Under the pieces are notes generated by a model that saw only the letters and a program-made list of their open reading frames with translations, had not been told where the DNA came from and made no database searches. A program made the position numbers and the translations under genes. DNA of 63,126 nucleotides, the filler included, from Octopus bimaculoides (taxonomy: Eukaryota), in the NCBI RefSeq assembly GCF_001194135.2. It is 10 parts of 10 records of this genome, joined end to end, with 100 filler letters (N's around TTAATTAATTAA, not from the genome) between each part and the next. Parts side by side here need not be neighbours in the genome. Positions count along the whole stretch, not along the records: positions 1 to 15,512 come from NC_068983.1; 9 more parts are not named here. One strand, written 5' to 3'. This document shows, one piece after another, positions 1 to 11,119 of this stretch; the first letter of the stretch is position 1; every line of letters begins with the position of its first letter.

Positions 1-140
1 AGAGAGAGAGAGATAGTAGTAGTAACGGTGAGAGGCGAAGGACGAGTAACAAGAGATAGAGAGAGAGAGAGAAGTAGTGACAGGTAGAGGCGAAGAACAG
101 TAGAGGGAAGAATGAGAGGGGGAGATAGAAACAGAGAGAG
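1..140. repeat. AG-rich low-complexity / (AG)n tract
   Basis: Purine-only runs of AGAGAG with short interruptions. Confidence 0.6.
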
Positions 141-324
141 TCGCGTTAGAAAAATAGTTAAAACTTACTGTATAAAGGTAACGCGTGCGTTCTGTCGTGA
201 TACAAACAATATATGAGTATATGCATATATATGTACATGTATGTATATACGTTCATCTACATGTACATATAGATACATAACTGGGTACATGACGTGGCAA
301 AAGAACAAGGACAAAATGGTAAAC

Positions 325-935
325 CATCATCATTGTCATCATTTAACGTCTGGTCTCCATGCTGGCATGGGTTACACAGTTTGATGAGCTGGTAAACTGG
401 AGAGCTGCACCAGACTTCAGTTGTCTGTTTTGGCTTCGTTTTCTATGGTTGGATGCCCTTCATAGTGCTAACTACTTAACAGAGTGTATGAGTATTTCAC
501 GGGTCACTGGCACTAGCAATGACCACAACTCACCTTGATATGTCTTCTCAAGGAAAGAAAATTACCAGAAGTCTCAGTCACTTGTCATTGCCTCCGTGAG
601 GCTTAACCACCGAAGATCAGATTTCACCACCTCATCCTCAGTCAAATCGTCCAACCCATGCTAGCATGGAAAGCGGACGTTAAACGATGATGATGATTCC
701 ATGTCTTCTTGGGTCTGCCTCTTCCACAGATTCTCTCCACAATTAGAGATCAATACTTCTGTGCGCAGCTGTCCTCATCCATTTGCATCACGTGACCATA
801 CCAGTGCAGTCTTCTCTCTTGCACACTACATCTGATGCCTCTTAGACCCAATTTTTCTCTTAATACTCTTACGTTCTGTTGTACATGCATACTGGCATTT
901 GCACAGGCTGGCTTTCAAGCTTTTGCATGTCAACA
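325..935 (-). mobile_element. 5'-truncated RTE-clade LINE (C-terminal coding remnant, 3' UTR and (GAT)n tail)
   Basis: Reverse complement matches the 3' part of the RTE at 2060-4645 (e.g. gtctcagtcacttgtcattgcctc vs gaggcaatgactagtgaccgagac; tcttgggtctgcctcttccacag vs tgtggaataggtagacccaagaa). Begins with a catcatcat tail. Confidence 0.75.
636..695 (+). mobile_element. ~60-bp RTE 3'-tail fragment inserted in opposite orientation into the 325-935 copy
   Basis: cctcagtcaaatcgtccaacccatgctagcatggaaagcggacgttaaacgatgatgatgat, near-identical to 1370-1431. RTE minus-strand sequence resumes on both sides. Confidence 0.7.
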
Positions 936-1876
936 CTTCCCCCCTCCTCCACCACCCCACCCTATATGAACTAGCACATGCACTCGGATTCCCCTACTCC
1001 ATTTTAATAATTCCGCCGAAAGAATACAAATCCAGAAGATGCTCAGATAAGAATTTTTTTTTTCAACTTCATAATCTACTCCTCTATTTCTGCACCCCTT
1101 ATTAGTTCTTTTCATTATTCTATCTATTTTATTACCATGTCAAGCGAGATCGTTGCCAGTGCCGATGGACTGGCTCCTGTGCAGGTGGCACGTAAAATAC
1201 ACCATTTTGAGCGTGGCTGTCGCCAGTTCCGCCTGACTGGCCCTTGTGCAGGTGGCACGTAAAAGCACCCACTACACTCTTGGAGTGGTTGGTGTTAGGA
1301 AGGGCATCCAGCTGTAGAAACTTTGCCAAATCAGATTGGAGCCTGGTGTCGCCTCCTGGTCCACCAGTCCTCAGTCAAATCGTCCAACCCATGCTAGCAT
1401 GGAAAGCGGACGTTAAGCGATGATGATGATGTAAACATAGTTTTGTCTTCCTCGCTGTTGTCTTAAGACAAACTTAAGTTCCTTCACACGCATCCGCTAT
1501 TCGTCACCTATTCATTTATTCAAGTTTGTCACCTCGTCACTTATTTCTCTAATTTTGTCACAGATTGGCTGACCGAAAATTCTAAGATTTTTCAATTCTA
1601 TTTCACTATTATCAGCATTTGCTGTTTCATTAAATTATGTTACCCAAAATCCCAAAAGAATATTTTTCTCCCTCATGTTCTATCTCTGACCACTCTAACT
1701 CTGGCCCCCATCTCTCTTTGCCTCACTCTGTCTCTCTCTCTATTTCGATTACTTCTTGCTTTGCCAACACTTCCCCTCCTCCACCACCCCATCCTATATA
1801 AACTAGCGCATGCGCTCGGATTCCCCTACTCCATTTTAATAACTCCCCCAAATGAATACGAATCCAGAAGATGCTC
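931..1876. repeat. Dispersed ~112-bp direct repeat (931-1044 and 1765-1876), unclassified
   Basis: caacacttccc...ccaccacccc...gcactcggattcccctactccattttaataa...gaatac.aatccagaagatgctc occurs twice at high identity. Confidence 0.75.
1135..1431 (+). mobile_element. RTE 3'-UTR/tail-derived short element (GAT-tailed)
   Basis: Tandem ...gtggcacgtaaaa units, then gcacccactacactc...gggcatccagctgtagaaac...catgctagcatggaaagcggacgttaa(gat)n, the same as the RTE 3' end at 4491-4645. Confidence 0.85.
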
Positions 1877-2059
1877 TTGTCTAATTTTGCAATTTCGTGC
1901 TATGACCACCGCCTGTACCAGAAGTCCCTATTCTCTGTCATCCTTTGGTTGTCTCCCATGTACACTTCTCAATGCCATCCCCACCCCTACTTAGGGTTTA
2001 TCTCCTATGTAAGGTAGTGATCATATAATGCATGAAAATGATGGTGTAGTATATGCAGG

Positions 2060-4645
2060 TTGAAGGCTATTGTTTTGCCAAATACGAGCTTTCTTTTCAG
2101 GAACATGATGCTGCTGTCCCCCATCCCAGGGTCTCACGGGCCTACACCTTCAGAGTTGACACTCAATGTAGGCACACTGAAAGGTAGGTCTGGTGAGATT
2201 GTTGAGATGCTTGAATGGATTTGTGCTGCCTCCAAGAAGTAAGGTGGAGAGGAGGTTCCGCTAGGTTCCTCACAGGCAAAGAACATGGGTACAAGATTTT
2301 CTGGGCAGGGAACACTGACAGGGTCGGGGGCGTGAGTATACTTCTTGTGGAGAAATGGGTTGATAAGGTAATTGAGGTAGTCAGAGAATGCGATAGAATA
2401 CTTAAGATTAGATTAGTGCTACATCATGGGTTAGCAACCATTATCTCGGCCTATGCCCCTCAGCCAGGGCTACCTGATGGACTGAAAGACCGATTTTATG
2501 GCACCCTCTTGCAGACTACCTCATTGACGAATGACAGACCTTCTCTTTGTGGCTGGTGACTTCAATGGACATGTTGGACAATATGCAGGGAGCTTCCATG
2601 GCATACATGGAGGCTATGGTTTTGGTTCCTGCAATGAGGAGGGAACCAAATGATCTTATGGTTTGCAGTACTAACTTCAAGAAACCTGCCATTCACCTAG
2701 TCACCCACCTTTCTGGCAGACACACTAGCCAAATTGACTACATTCTCACCAGAGAATAAATGCCAAAACCTTCCCCGGTGAAGAATGTACCCCCACAACA
2801 TAGACTAGTAGTTAGCGACTTCAGGATCAGGGCTAAATGGTTGCCTAGAAGACGATCAGCATGGAGGAGAAGGGTCTGGAAGCTTAAAGATCCTGTGAAT
2901 GGACAAAGATTTAGAGATGTATTACTCGAAGCTTTTGACGAAATAGACAGGGATAAAGCATCACATGATGTGGAAGACAATTGGAGGTTTCTATGGGACA
3001 ATCTGCTGAGGGCCACTGACCAGATCTGTGGATAGTGCAAAGTCCCCTCTCGACCCAAGGCAACGTGGTGGTGGAACAATGTTGTTGACAAGGCTATTAG
3101 GGAAAAGAAACAGGCTTGGAAGAACAGTGGTAGCAGGGAATTGTATCAGAATGCTAGGAGGGTCATAGCCCAACTAATTAGGGAGAGAGTCAGTCTAGAT
3201 GAGATGCAGTTTGGGTTCATGCCAGGGAAAAGCACCACTGATGCTATATTTCTGGTAAGACAGCTGCAGGAGAAATACCTAGCCAAGGATAAACCTCTGT
3301 ACCTGGCTTTCGTTGACATGGAGAAAGCCTTTGACAGGGTCCCCCGATCCCTTATCTGGTGGTCAATGAGGAAACTTGTGATAGAAGAGTGGTTAGTGGG
3401 AGCTGTGCAAGCCATGTACAGGGATAGTTTTTGTATGTGGCAGATGCTCAGGTGCTAGACAATGAAAATGTGTGAAGAACAGTTTCTGTCACATTCCAGG
3501 GAAAAAAAACTAGAAGTAGTAGATAGTTTTCATTACCTAGGAGACCAAGTTAGTAGCGGGGGTGGATGCTCTGAAAGTGTAGCTGTTAGAATAAGAATAG
3601 CCTAGACAAAGTTCAGAGAGCTCCTACCTCTGCTGGTGATAAAGGGTCTCTTGCTCAGAGTAAAAGTTAGACTGAATGATGCATGTGTATGCACAGCCAT
3701 GCTACATGGCAGTGAAACATGGGCTGTGACTGCTGAGGACATGCATAAGCTTGCAAGGAATGAAGCCAGTATGTTCTGCTGGATGTGTAATGTCAGTGTG
3801 CATACACGACAGAGTGTAAGTACCCTGAGAGAAAAGTTGAATTTAAGAAGCATCAGATATGTTGTGCAAGAAAGACGACTGTGCTGGTATGGTTATGTGT
3901 TGCGAATGAATGAGGACAGCTGTGTGAAAAAGTGTTACACCCTAGCAGTTGAGGGAACCTGTGGAATAGGTAGACCCAAGAAAACCTGGAATGACGTGAA
4001 GTATGACCTTTGAACATTGGGCTTTGCCGAGGCAATGACTAGTGACCGAGACCTTTGGAGATATACTGTGATTAAGAAGACCCAACAAGCCAAGTGAGAC
4101 CACAACCCATGGCCTATGCCAGTAGGTGTAACCAGCCCACTTATGAATACCCCTCATTCAATGGACAATAAAATTTGCTTGCGAAGACTGATGACAGTAC
4201 CACCTGATTGGCACTCGTGCCAGTGGGATGTTATAAGCACATCCGAGCATGATCGTTGTAAGAGCCACAGATTGGCACCTGTGCCGGTGACACATGAAAA
4301 GCACCATTCGGGTGTGATCATTGCCAGCGTCGCCTTACCGGCACATATGCCGGTGGCATGTGAAAAACAACATTCGAGCATAGTTGCTGCTAGTGCCGCC
4401 AGACTGGCCCCCATGCAGATAGCACATAAAAACACCTTTGAGCATGGTTGTTGCCAGAACCGCTTGACTGGCCCTCGTACCAGTGGCACATAAAAGCACC
4501 CACTACACTCTCAGAGTGGTTGGCATTAGGAAGGGCATCCAGCTGTAGAAACCTTGTGCAGCCTATTGGCTTGCCAGTCCTCTGTCAAACCGTCCAACCC
4601 ATGCCAGCATGCAAAGTGGACATTAAATGATGATGATGATGATGA
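2060..4645 (+). pseudogene. Degenerate RTE-clade LINE: APE endonuclease + partial RT + 3' UTR with ~65-bp tandem repeats + (GAT)n tail
   Basis: APE motifs TLNVGTL, CCLQEVRW, SAYAPQ, GDFNGHVG, SQIDYILTR; RT motifs QFGFMPGKSTTDAIF, LAFVDMEKAFDRVP; C-terminal FHYLGDQ, MLHGSETW, GIGRPKKTW. Multiple frameshifts, stops and internal deletions (RT catalytic region missing near 3425-3490). Confidence 0.92.
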
Positions 4646-4820
4646 TCATCATCATCATCGTTTAACGTCCGCTTTCCATGATAGCATGGGTTGGACGATT
4701 TGACTGAGGACTGGTGAAACCGGATGGCAACACCAGGCTCCAGTCTGATTTGGCAGAGTTTCTACAGCTGGATGCCCTTCCTAACGCCAACCACTCAGAG
4801 AGTGTAGTGGGTGCTTTTAC
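4646..4820 (-). mobile_element. RTE-tail element, tail-to-tail with the upstream LINE; runs into an N gap
   Basis: catcatcatcatcgtttaacgtccgctttccatg...gtgtagtgggtgcttttac is the reverse complement of the family tail. Confidence 0.9.
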
Positions 4821-5581
4821 NNNNNNNNNNNNNNNNNNNNNNNNNNNNNNNNNNNNNNNNNNNNNNNNNNNNNNNNNNNNNNNNNNNNNNNNNNNNNNNN
4901 NNNNNNNNNNNNNNNNNNNNNNNNNNNNNNNNNNNNNNNNNNNNNNNNNNNNNNNNNNNNNNNNNNNNNNNNNNNNNNNNNNNNNNNNNNNNNNNNNNNN
5001 NNNNNNNNNNNNNNNNNNNNNNNNNNNNNNNNNNNNNNNNNNNNNNNNNNNNNNNNNNNNNNNNNNNNNNNNNNNNNNNNNNNNNNNNNNNNNNNNNNNN
5101 NNNNNNNNNNNNNNNNNNNNNNNNNNNNNNNNNNNNNNNNNNNNNNNNNNNNNNNNNNNNNNNNNNNNNNNNNNNNNNNNNNNNNNNNNNNNNNNNNNNN
5201 NNNNNNNNNNNNNNNNNNNNNNNNNNNNNNNNNNNNNNNNNNNNNNNNNNNNNNNNNNNNNNNNNNNNNNNNNNNNNNNNNNNNNNNNNNNNNNNNNNNN
5301 NNNNNNNNNNNNNNNNNNNNNNNNNNNNNNNNNNNNNNNNNNNNNNNNNNNNNNNNNNNNNNNNNNNNNNNNNNNNNNNNNNNNNNNNNNNNNNNNNNNN
5401 NNNNNNNNNNNNNNNNNNNNNNNNNNNNNNNNNNNNNNNNNNNNNNNNNNNNNNNNNNNNNNNNNNNAGTTACTACCTACTCCTTTTCTACATACTGAGC
5501 AGGGCCATCTACCTGAAGGGGTTTGTGTTTTATCTACCTTCCTACTTATTAGGATTTTGGTTTTAGCTAGGTTGACTCTAA

Positions 5582-5616
<35 letters not shown>

Positions 5617-5618
<2 letters not shown>

Positions 5619-5760
5619 TCATCATCATCATCATCAATGTTTAACGTCCACTTTCCATGCTGGCATGGGTTGGATGGTTTGACTGGGGACTGGCAGGCCA
5701 AGAGGCTGCACCAGGTTCCAGTCTGATCAGGCAAGGATTCTACAGCTGGATGCTACCAGC
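5617..5760 (-). mobile_element. RTE-tail element fragment
   Basis: (cat)n then tttaacgtccactttccatgctggcatgggttggatggtttgac...ctacagctggatgc. Confidence 0.8.
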
Positions 5761-5954
5761 ATGGGAACCAGATTCCATCGTCTCTCTTGCCATTAGAAAT
5801 ACAAGAAATGTACAATTATTAGTCGGTTAGGGAAAGTGGAACTAACGACGCTATTATTCACATATACCTTTGTAATGTAGTAATTGCTTTCTTAAAACAT
5901 TTTGACAAATATTTTAGAAGCGAATGAAGTTCTCTCCCTTGGATTATGAGTCGT

Positions 5955-6115
5955 ACTGTTTTTCTGACATAGGCACAAGGAGGGGTTAATCGATAATTCA
6001 ACTTAATTTTTGATCCCAGACGGATGAAAGGCAAAGTTAACCTTGGCAGGATGTAAGAAAATAATAAAACTTTTATTTCATATAATGTTCAGGTGCTCTA
6101 CAACTCGACGGAAAA
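5955..6115 (-). mobile_element. SINE family B, degenerate
   Basis: gcacaagg...gatcccagacggatgaaaggcaaagttaaccttggcaggat matches the copies at 14407, 16970, 19715 and 30255. Confidence 0.6.
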
Positions 6116-6189
6116 TGGCAAAAGAGAGAACAGACAGCCAATGAAAACTAGAAGTACATGCAAGGATGACATGAGGAGTTTATTAGGTG

Positions 6190-6565
6190 AAGGTGTGTCT
6201 GTGTAGTAAGAAGTTTGCTTCCCAATCACATGGTTCCTGGTTCAGTTCCACTGCACAGCACCTTAGGCAAGTGTCTTCTACTATAGCCTTGGCCTGACCA
6301 AAGACTTGTGAGTGGATTTGTTAAACAGAAACTGAATGAATCCTGTCGTGAGTGTCTTGGTGTCAATGTTTGTCCCCACCATCGTTTAACAACTGGTGTT
6401 GATGTGTTTTTGTCCCTGAAATTTAGCAGTTTGACAAAAGAAACCAATAGAATAAGTATTAGGCTTTAGAGAAAGAGGGACTGGGACTGATTCATTGACT
6501 AAAATTCTTCAAGGTAGTGCCCCAGCATGGCCATAGTCTAATGACTGAAGCAAGTGAAAGATAAC
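6190..6565 (+). mobile_element. SINE family A (tRNA-like head), near full length
   Basis: Head gtgtagtaagaag...ggttcagttcc resembles Pol III A/B boxes; body ccttaggcaagtgtcttctactatagcc; 3' gtgccccagcatggcc...atgactgaagcaagtgaaagata. Multiple copies in the window. Confidence 0.8.
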
Positions 6566-7065
6566 AATAAAGATTCCACGCTTTGACCAATCTGAGGATG
6601 AAAAATTGTTTCCAAAAATCATGAGCGCTGGTCTGTTTTTTGATTTTATAAGTATGTCCACAAATGATAGAGATTTTAAATTCAAACTAGTGGTCAAAAT
6701 TATTAGAAAGATGGTGGGATCTATCTCGTAATTTCCAGATGTCAAAATTTTAGTGGGTCGCTACCAGGGCCAGCTCAAGGTACTGGCAACTCGGGCAGTT
6801 GTCCAGGGTGCCAGCAACCCTAGGGCCGGCCCTGGTCGCTACCCAGAAGAGCAAGATATGGTAACTGATAGAAGTATTCGTCTGGTTACATATCTCTGGA
6901 TAGCTTCAAGCAGACATGATGGGAATTCCAGACCGGAGATGCAAACTGTAATGATGGATCTGCCATAGCCATATACAGCTTGAAATAGATTGCTCATGAG
7001 TGGCTGACAAACGTCTTACTGAGTGTTACTAAGACAATTTTAGAAATTTCATTGTCCAGCATTGA
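6566..7065 (-). pseudogene. CR1-clade LINE C-terminal fragment
   Basis: Minus strand reads KLYMAMADPSLQFASPVWNS...LEAIQRYVTRRI and, past the MITE, TCGHTYKIKKQ...FWKQFFILRLVKAWN. These match the CR1-type ASPVWN...LE.VQR and TRGH..K...FF..RV..WN motifs. Confidence 0.75.
6765..6834. mobile_element. 70-bp hAT-like MITE with 8-bp target site duplication
   Basis: Perfect GTCGCTAC direct repeat at 6757-6764 and 6835-6842; imperfect TIRs cagggccagctcaagg / cctagggccggccctg. An 8-bp TSD with CAG...CTG ends is typical of hAT. Confidence 0.8.
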
Positions 7066-7284
7066 TGATGATCATCATTATAATTATCATCATCATCTAC
7101 CAGTTAGACTTCACATAAAGTGATACCATCAAGACTCAGTGGAGTATCATCATTGACAAAGAAGTATTTGCTCCAGCCCCTGATGGAGAACCACACGCAC
7201 TTACGGATATTGATTTCTAGCCCGAACACACGATAAAACTACAGGCATCTATCCATAAGAACCTGAAGCCCATTGCATAAACTC

Positions 7285-7465
7285 CACAGAAATATGGTAT
7301 GTGAAGGGTTAAAGTGATCTAAATTGAAACTTTCATGCTAATCCATGTTCCAAACACTTGCTTAGAAAAAGACAATGATATTTTTCCTAAATTCTTCAGT
7401 ATTTTAAAAATTAATTGAAAGAAAGGTAGTGTATGGCAACAGAAGCTTGATAACTAAAGGGTTAA
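7285..7465. repeat. ~155-bp unit ending in aagggTTAA (piggyBac-like terminus); same family as 18409-18835 and 19365-19520
   Basis: ttaaagtgatctaaatt...aattaattgaaa...aaagggttaa, preceded by the end of a previous unit (cagaaatatggtatgtgaagggttaa). Confidence 0.6.
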
Positions 7466-7476
7466 TTTATGACTAT

Positions 7477-7860
7477 ATCATCATCATCATCATCAATTAA
7501 CATCTGTTGTCCATGCTGGCATGGGTTGGATGGTTTGACCAGGCTGGTATACTGGAAGGTTGCACCATATTCCAGTCTGATTTGGCATGGTTTTCTACAG
7601 CTGGATGCCCTTTCTAACACAAACCACTCCAAGAGTGTAATGGGTGCTCTTACGTGCCACCGGCACGGGTGCCATTTGCATGACACTGGGGTGCGTTTAC
7701 ATGCCACCAACATGGGTGCCAATTTGCGTGACACCGGTATCTGCTGCAGCTGCAATTTTGCTCAGCTTGATGGGTCTTCTTCTCAAGCATGACATAATGC
7801 CAATGATTTTCGTCATTGCCTAAACACATGAAAGGAACTCAGCTACTTTGCCTCCGTGAA
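7477..7860 (-). mobile_element. RTE-tail element with part of the 3' UTR
   Basis: (cat)n...ccatgctggcatgggttggatgg...ctacagctggatgccc...gggtgctcttacgtgccaccggcacg. Confidence 0.8.
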
Positions 7861-9464
7861 AATGAAATGTCTGGAGGATGAAACCTGAATCATCAGTCAA
7901 GGATGACCTTGGTGTAAACAACAACAACAACAACAATAATGACTGCAATGAAATAATTTCAATAAGGATTTTATATTTTTCTGAAACTATGTCCATTTTA
8001 TTCAGGGACTAAAATACATCAGGATGTTCCAATGTGCAATAGCAAATTTATATTTATATTCTTTTTAGTTGAATGATACAAAAATTCATTGAAGTAAAAA
8101 ATATATATAAATATGTAAACAAATGCAAAAATGTTGTAGCAAAATCTGTATTGGTTTTTATTTATTTATTTTTTTCATCTAAACCCATTAAAAAATGGTT
8201 TGTTTTGTGGTTTGTTTCTTTAAATAAAATATTAGTTTACAAGAAAATATAAAATTATGAATAAATTGTTTTTTATAACAAAAAAAGAACGTTTGCAGAG
8301 TTAGATCAAGCCCAGAGTTTTTTTTTTTTTCATTATTCATTTTTTTTTTTCTTCGCATAAGTATTTCAAAAAGTTCTTCAAAAAACAGTTATATGTCTCA
8401 AGACAGTTTAACTGTAAGATTAATGATGGATGTCAACTGATATGTAAGTATAAAAATGTATTATGATTTATACAAAGCAGTTCTTTTGAAATAAAGTTTA
8501 AAAATCATGATGAATGAATGAAAGAAATTAATATGATGCGACGTGAAGTAATTTTAACACTTTGCTTTTAAACCCAAAGCACTTTCATAAGTTTGTCCTA
8601 TAAATATCCATGCTTGTTGTCAGACTTTTAATTAACCCATGTCTCATACATTCTGAGTAACATAAAGCCTTCCTTTCATAAGTCCCAAGTGGAAATTGAA
8701 AAAAAAAAACAAACTGGGAATGTGTATCATATATCAATAGACTACTATGACACCAGGGACCTATGTACTGTGTATCACAATTCACAGGACAGGCAAAGGG
8801 TTAAACTGAGAGGAACTACATGTGTTAGTATAAAAAAAACATTGTACTGTAGTACTCTATAGCAGAATAGTCATAGGAATAGTACTGAAAGACTATATAG
8901 CAGGTAAGAGTAAGAATATACTATGCAGCATAGGAATATATATAGTAGTTTAGTGTAAGAAAGATAAAATGGTGCTACTCATGATTATCATTGAATAGAA
9001 ATTTTCAAGAACTTCATAAGTAAATAAAAAAAAAAGAACTAAATATGTGAAATTTATGCATCATTTTCTTTGTAATTCCTTCATTTCAAATTCAGAGACA
9101 CATGCTTGTTATAGTATATTAGGGTGAAAAAACAGTATTGATGGCTAGTTTTTATGTGCGAGGATAAATAAACAATACACACACACACACACACACAGAC
9201 ATATATTATATATAAAGGATAAGGAGAAAATGGAAAGGTTATTAATAAATATTATTTATTAATTATAAAATATGACAACATTTCTGACAGCTGTTTCGAT
9301 TCAGTTATCTTTAGATAATTAATTTATAAAATTAAAATCATTATAAAATGAATCTCTTCAGTGGTTGTAAAGATATACTGATTAGAAATACATGTTGAGA
9401 TAATGGCTACAAACTATTTATCCCTTAATGAGGTTTATAACCTTTACTTGAATATATATATATA

Positions 9465-10017
9465 TAGAAATGTTATAATTTCTTTATCTCTCTAAAAGAG
9501 AGATACAACAGTAGTACTGGGTATTAATATTTATTGCCAAACCAATGTGGCAGTCCAGAGAAATAGGACAAATGCTACTGTTGATTAGCTCCAAGAGGCA
9601 ATCACCTCTAGGTAGCTATATGATGCACAAATCTGTGTCAATAAACCTTTGAACAGGAGAGGTTATCAACTTTCCATTGTTGGCTTGGTATCCACAGACC
9701 GGTTTCGGAGTAGTTGCCCCTTATCAATGTGGAGCAGCCAAGTCCAGCAGGGGTCACTGTTGACCTCAGTTCAAAGGTTTTATTTATATATATTCAGTAA
9801 AACACATTCACTGATTTTCAAAAATAGAAATGTTATAATTTCTAAATCTCACTAAAAGAGAGATACAACAGCAGTACTGGGTATCAGTATTCATTGCCAA
9901 ACAAATGTGGCAGTCCAGAGAAATAGGACAAATGCTGCTGTTGATTAGCTCCGAGAGGCAATTGCCTCTAGCTAGCTATATGATGCACAAATTTGTGTTC
10001 ATAAACCTTCGAACAGG
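9465..10017. repeat. ~195-bp direct duplication (9465-9660 and 9823-10017)
   Basis: atagaaatgttataatttct...gtggcagtccagagaaataggacaaatgct...gctatatgatgcacaaat...gaacagg present twice, roughly 85-90% identical by eye. Confidence 0.8.
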
Positions 10018-10211
10018 GGTGTCATCAACATCAATCATAAGGGTACCTACCTGCTAGAAATAAGAGTTAAAGCTCTCATTTAAACCACCAATAATAACAC
10101 TGAAAATTACAACAGAAAATCAACCATAGTCAGGAAAATGGGCTGAAAACTCTTTTACATACCTATATAGCCCAATACTATATATTTCTTATTCACTCCT
10201 GAATATTTGTT

Positions 10212-10246
<35 letters not shown>

Positions 10247-10249
<3 letters not shown>

Positions 10250-10445
10250 GAGAATTTATGAAAAAAACAACAGACGAAGACAGGTGGTGTAAACAACAAA
10301 TGGATGTATTAGTTTAACGCTCGGGAATAGAGAAAGTCTTTGACGTTTCGAGCTACGCTCTTCAACTGAAAGCAACACAGAAAGAAATAACGAGAGAAAC
10401 AAGGAGAAAAAATATAAATGTGGTGGTCAGCGATCTATCATGGCG
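10247..10445 (-). mobile_element. Penelope-terminal-repeat-like short element with decayed hammerhead motif
   Basis: Minus strand CTTT-CAGTTGA-A-GAGC-GTA-GCTC-GAAACGTC-AAAG; flanked by (AT)n on both sides; related motif at 60181. Confidence 0.5.
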
Positions 10446-10784
10446 AATATATATACATACATGCATGTGTATATGTATGTATACATATAGTACTTGATAG
10501 TGAACAGTGAAACATATTAACTGATAGAAAGTTACACTAGAAGTATTAACTTTTTTTATTTACTTATGTACTAGCATAAAAGGTCAGCTTATATAAGCAA
10601 TATTCTATAATACCGTTAGGAAAATTCAGACCGTTTATATTTGTATATAACAACAGAAAAGATAACTTTGTTACTTCCAACTAATTTTTCAATCACTACA
10701 CACATACACACACATGCACAAATTTACAGAAAACAGGTAAAAGAACAACATGCAGGTGTATTAGTTTATATATATATTCTGGTC

Positions 10785-11063
10785 AATGCCAATACCCACT
10801 GACTGGCTCCTGTACCAGTGGCACATAAAAAGCACCGTCCAAATGTGGTTGATACCACTGCCCCCTGACTGGCTCCTATGCCGGTGGCACGTAAAAAGCA
10901 CCCACTATACTCTCAGAGTGGTTGGTGTTAGGAATGGCATCCAGCTGTAGAAACCTTGCCAGATCAGATTGGAGCTTGGTGCAGCCTACTGGTTTGCCAG
11001 TCCTCAGTCAAACCATCCAACCCATTCCAGCATGGAAAGCAGACGTTAAACGATGATGATGAT
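10785..11063 (+). mobile_element. RTE-tail element
   Basis: gactggctcc...gtggcacgtaaaaagcacccactatactctc...catggaaagcagacgttaaacgatgatgatgat. Confidence 0.85.
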
Positions 11064-11080
11064 TACACACACACACAAAC

Positions 11081-11119
<39 letters not shown>

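Noticed and set aside
4200-4500. Regularly spaced ~65-bp repeats resembling a CRISPR array
   Set aside because: The whole unit is repeated with no unique spacers, it lies in a LINE 3' UTR, the context is eukaryotic and there are no cas genes.
6190-6270. tRNA-like A/B boxes at heads of families A, B and C
   Set aside because: No complete cloverleaf, and they are attached to multicopy SINE bodies, so they are SINE heads rather than tRNA genes.
7085-7285. Protein-like stretch IKTQWSIIIDKEVFAPAPDGEPHALTDIDF with stops
   Set aside because: Probably an old TE fragment, but no motif allows assignment.
8632-8804. TTAA-CCC ... GGG-TTAA bounded segment, possible piggyBac MITE
   Set aside because: Inverted similarity does not extend convincingly beyond CCC/GGG, so support is insufficient.
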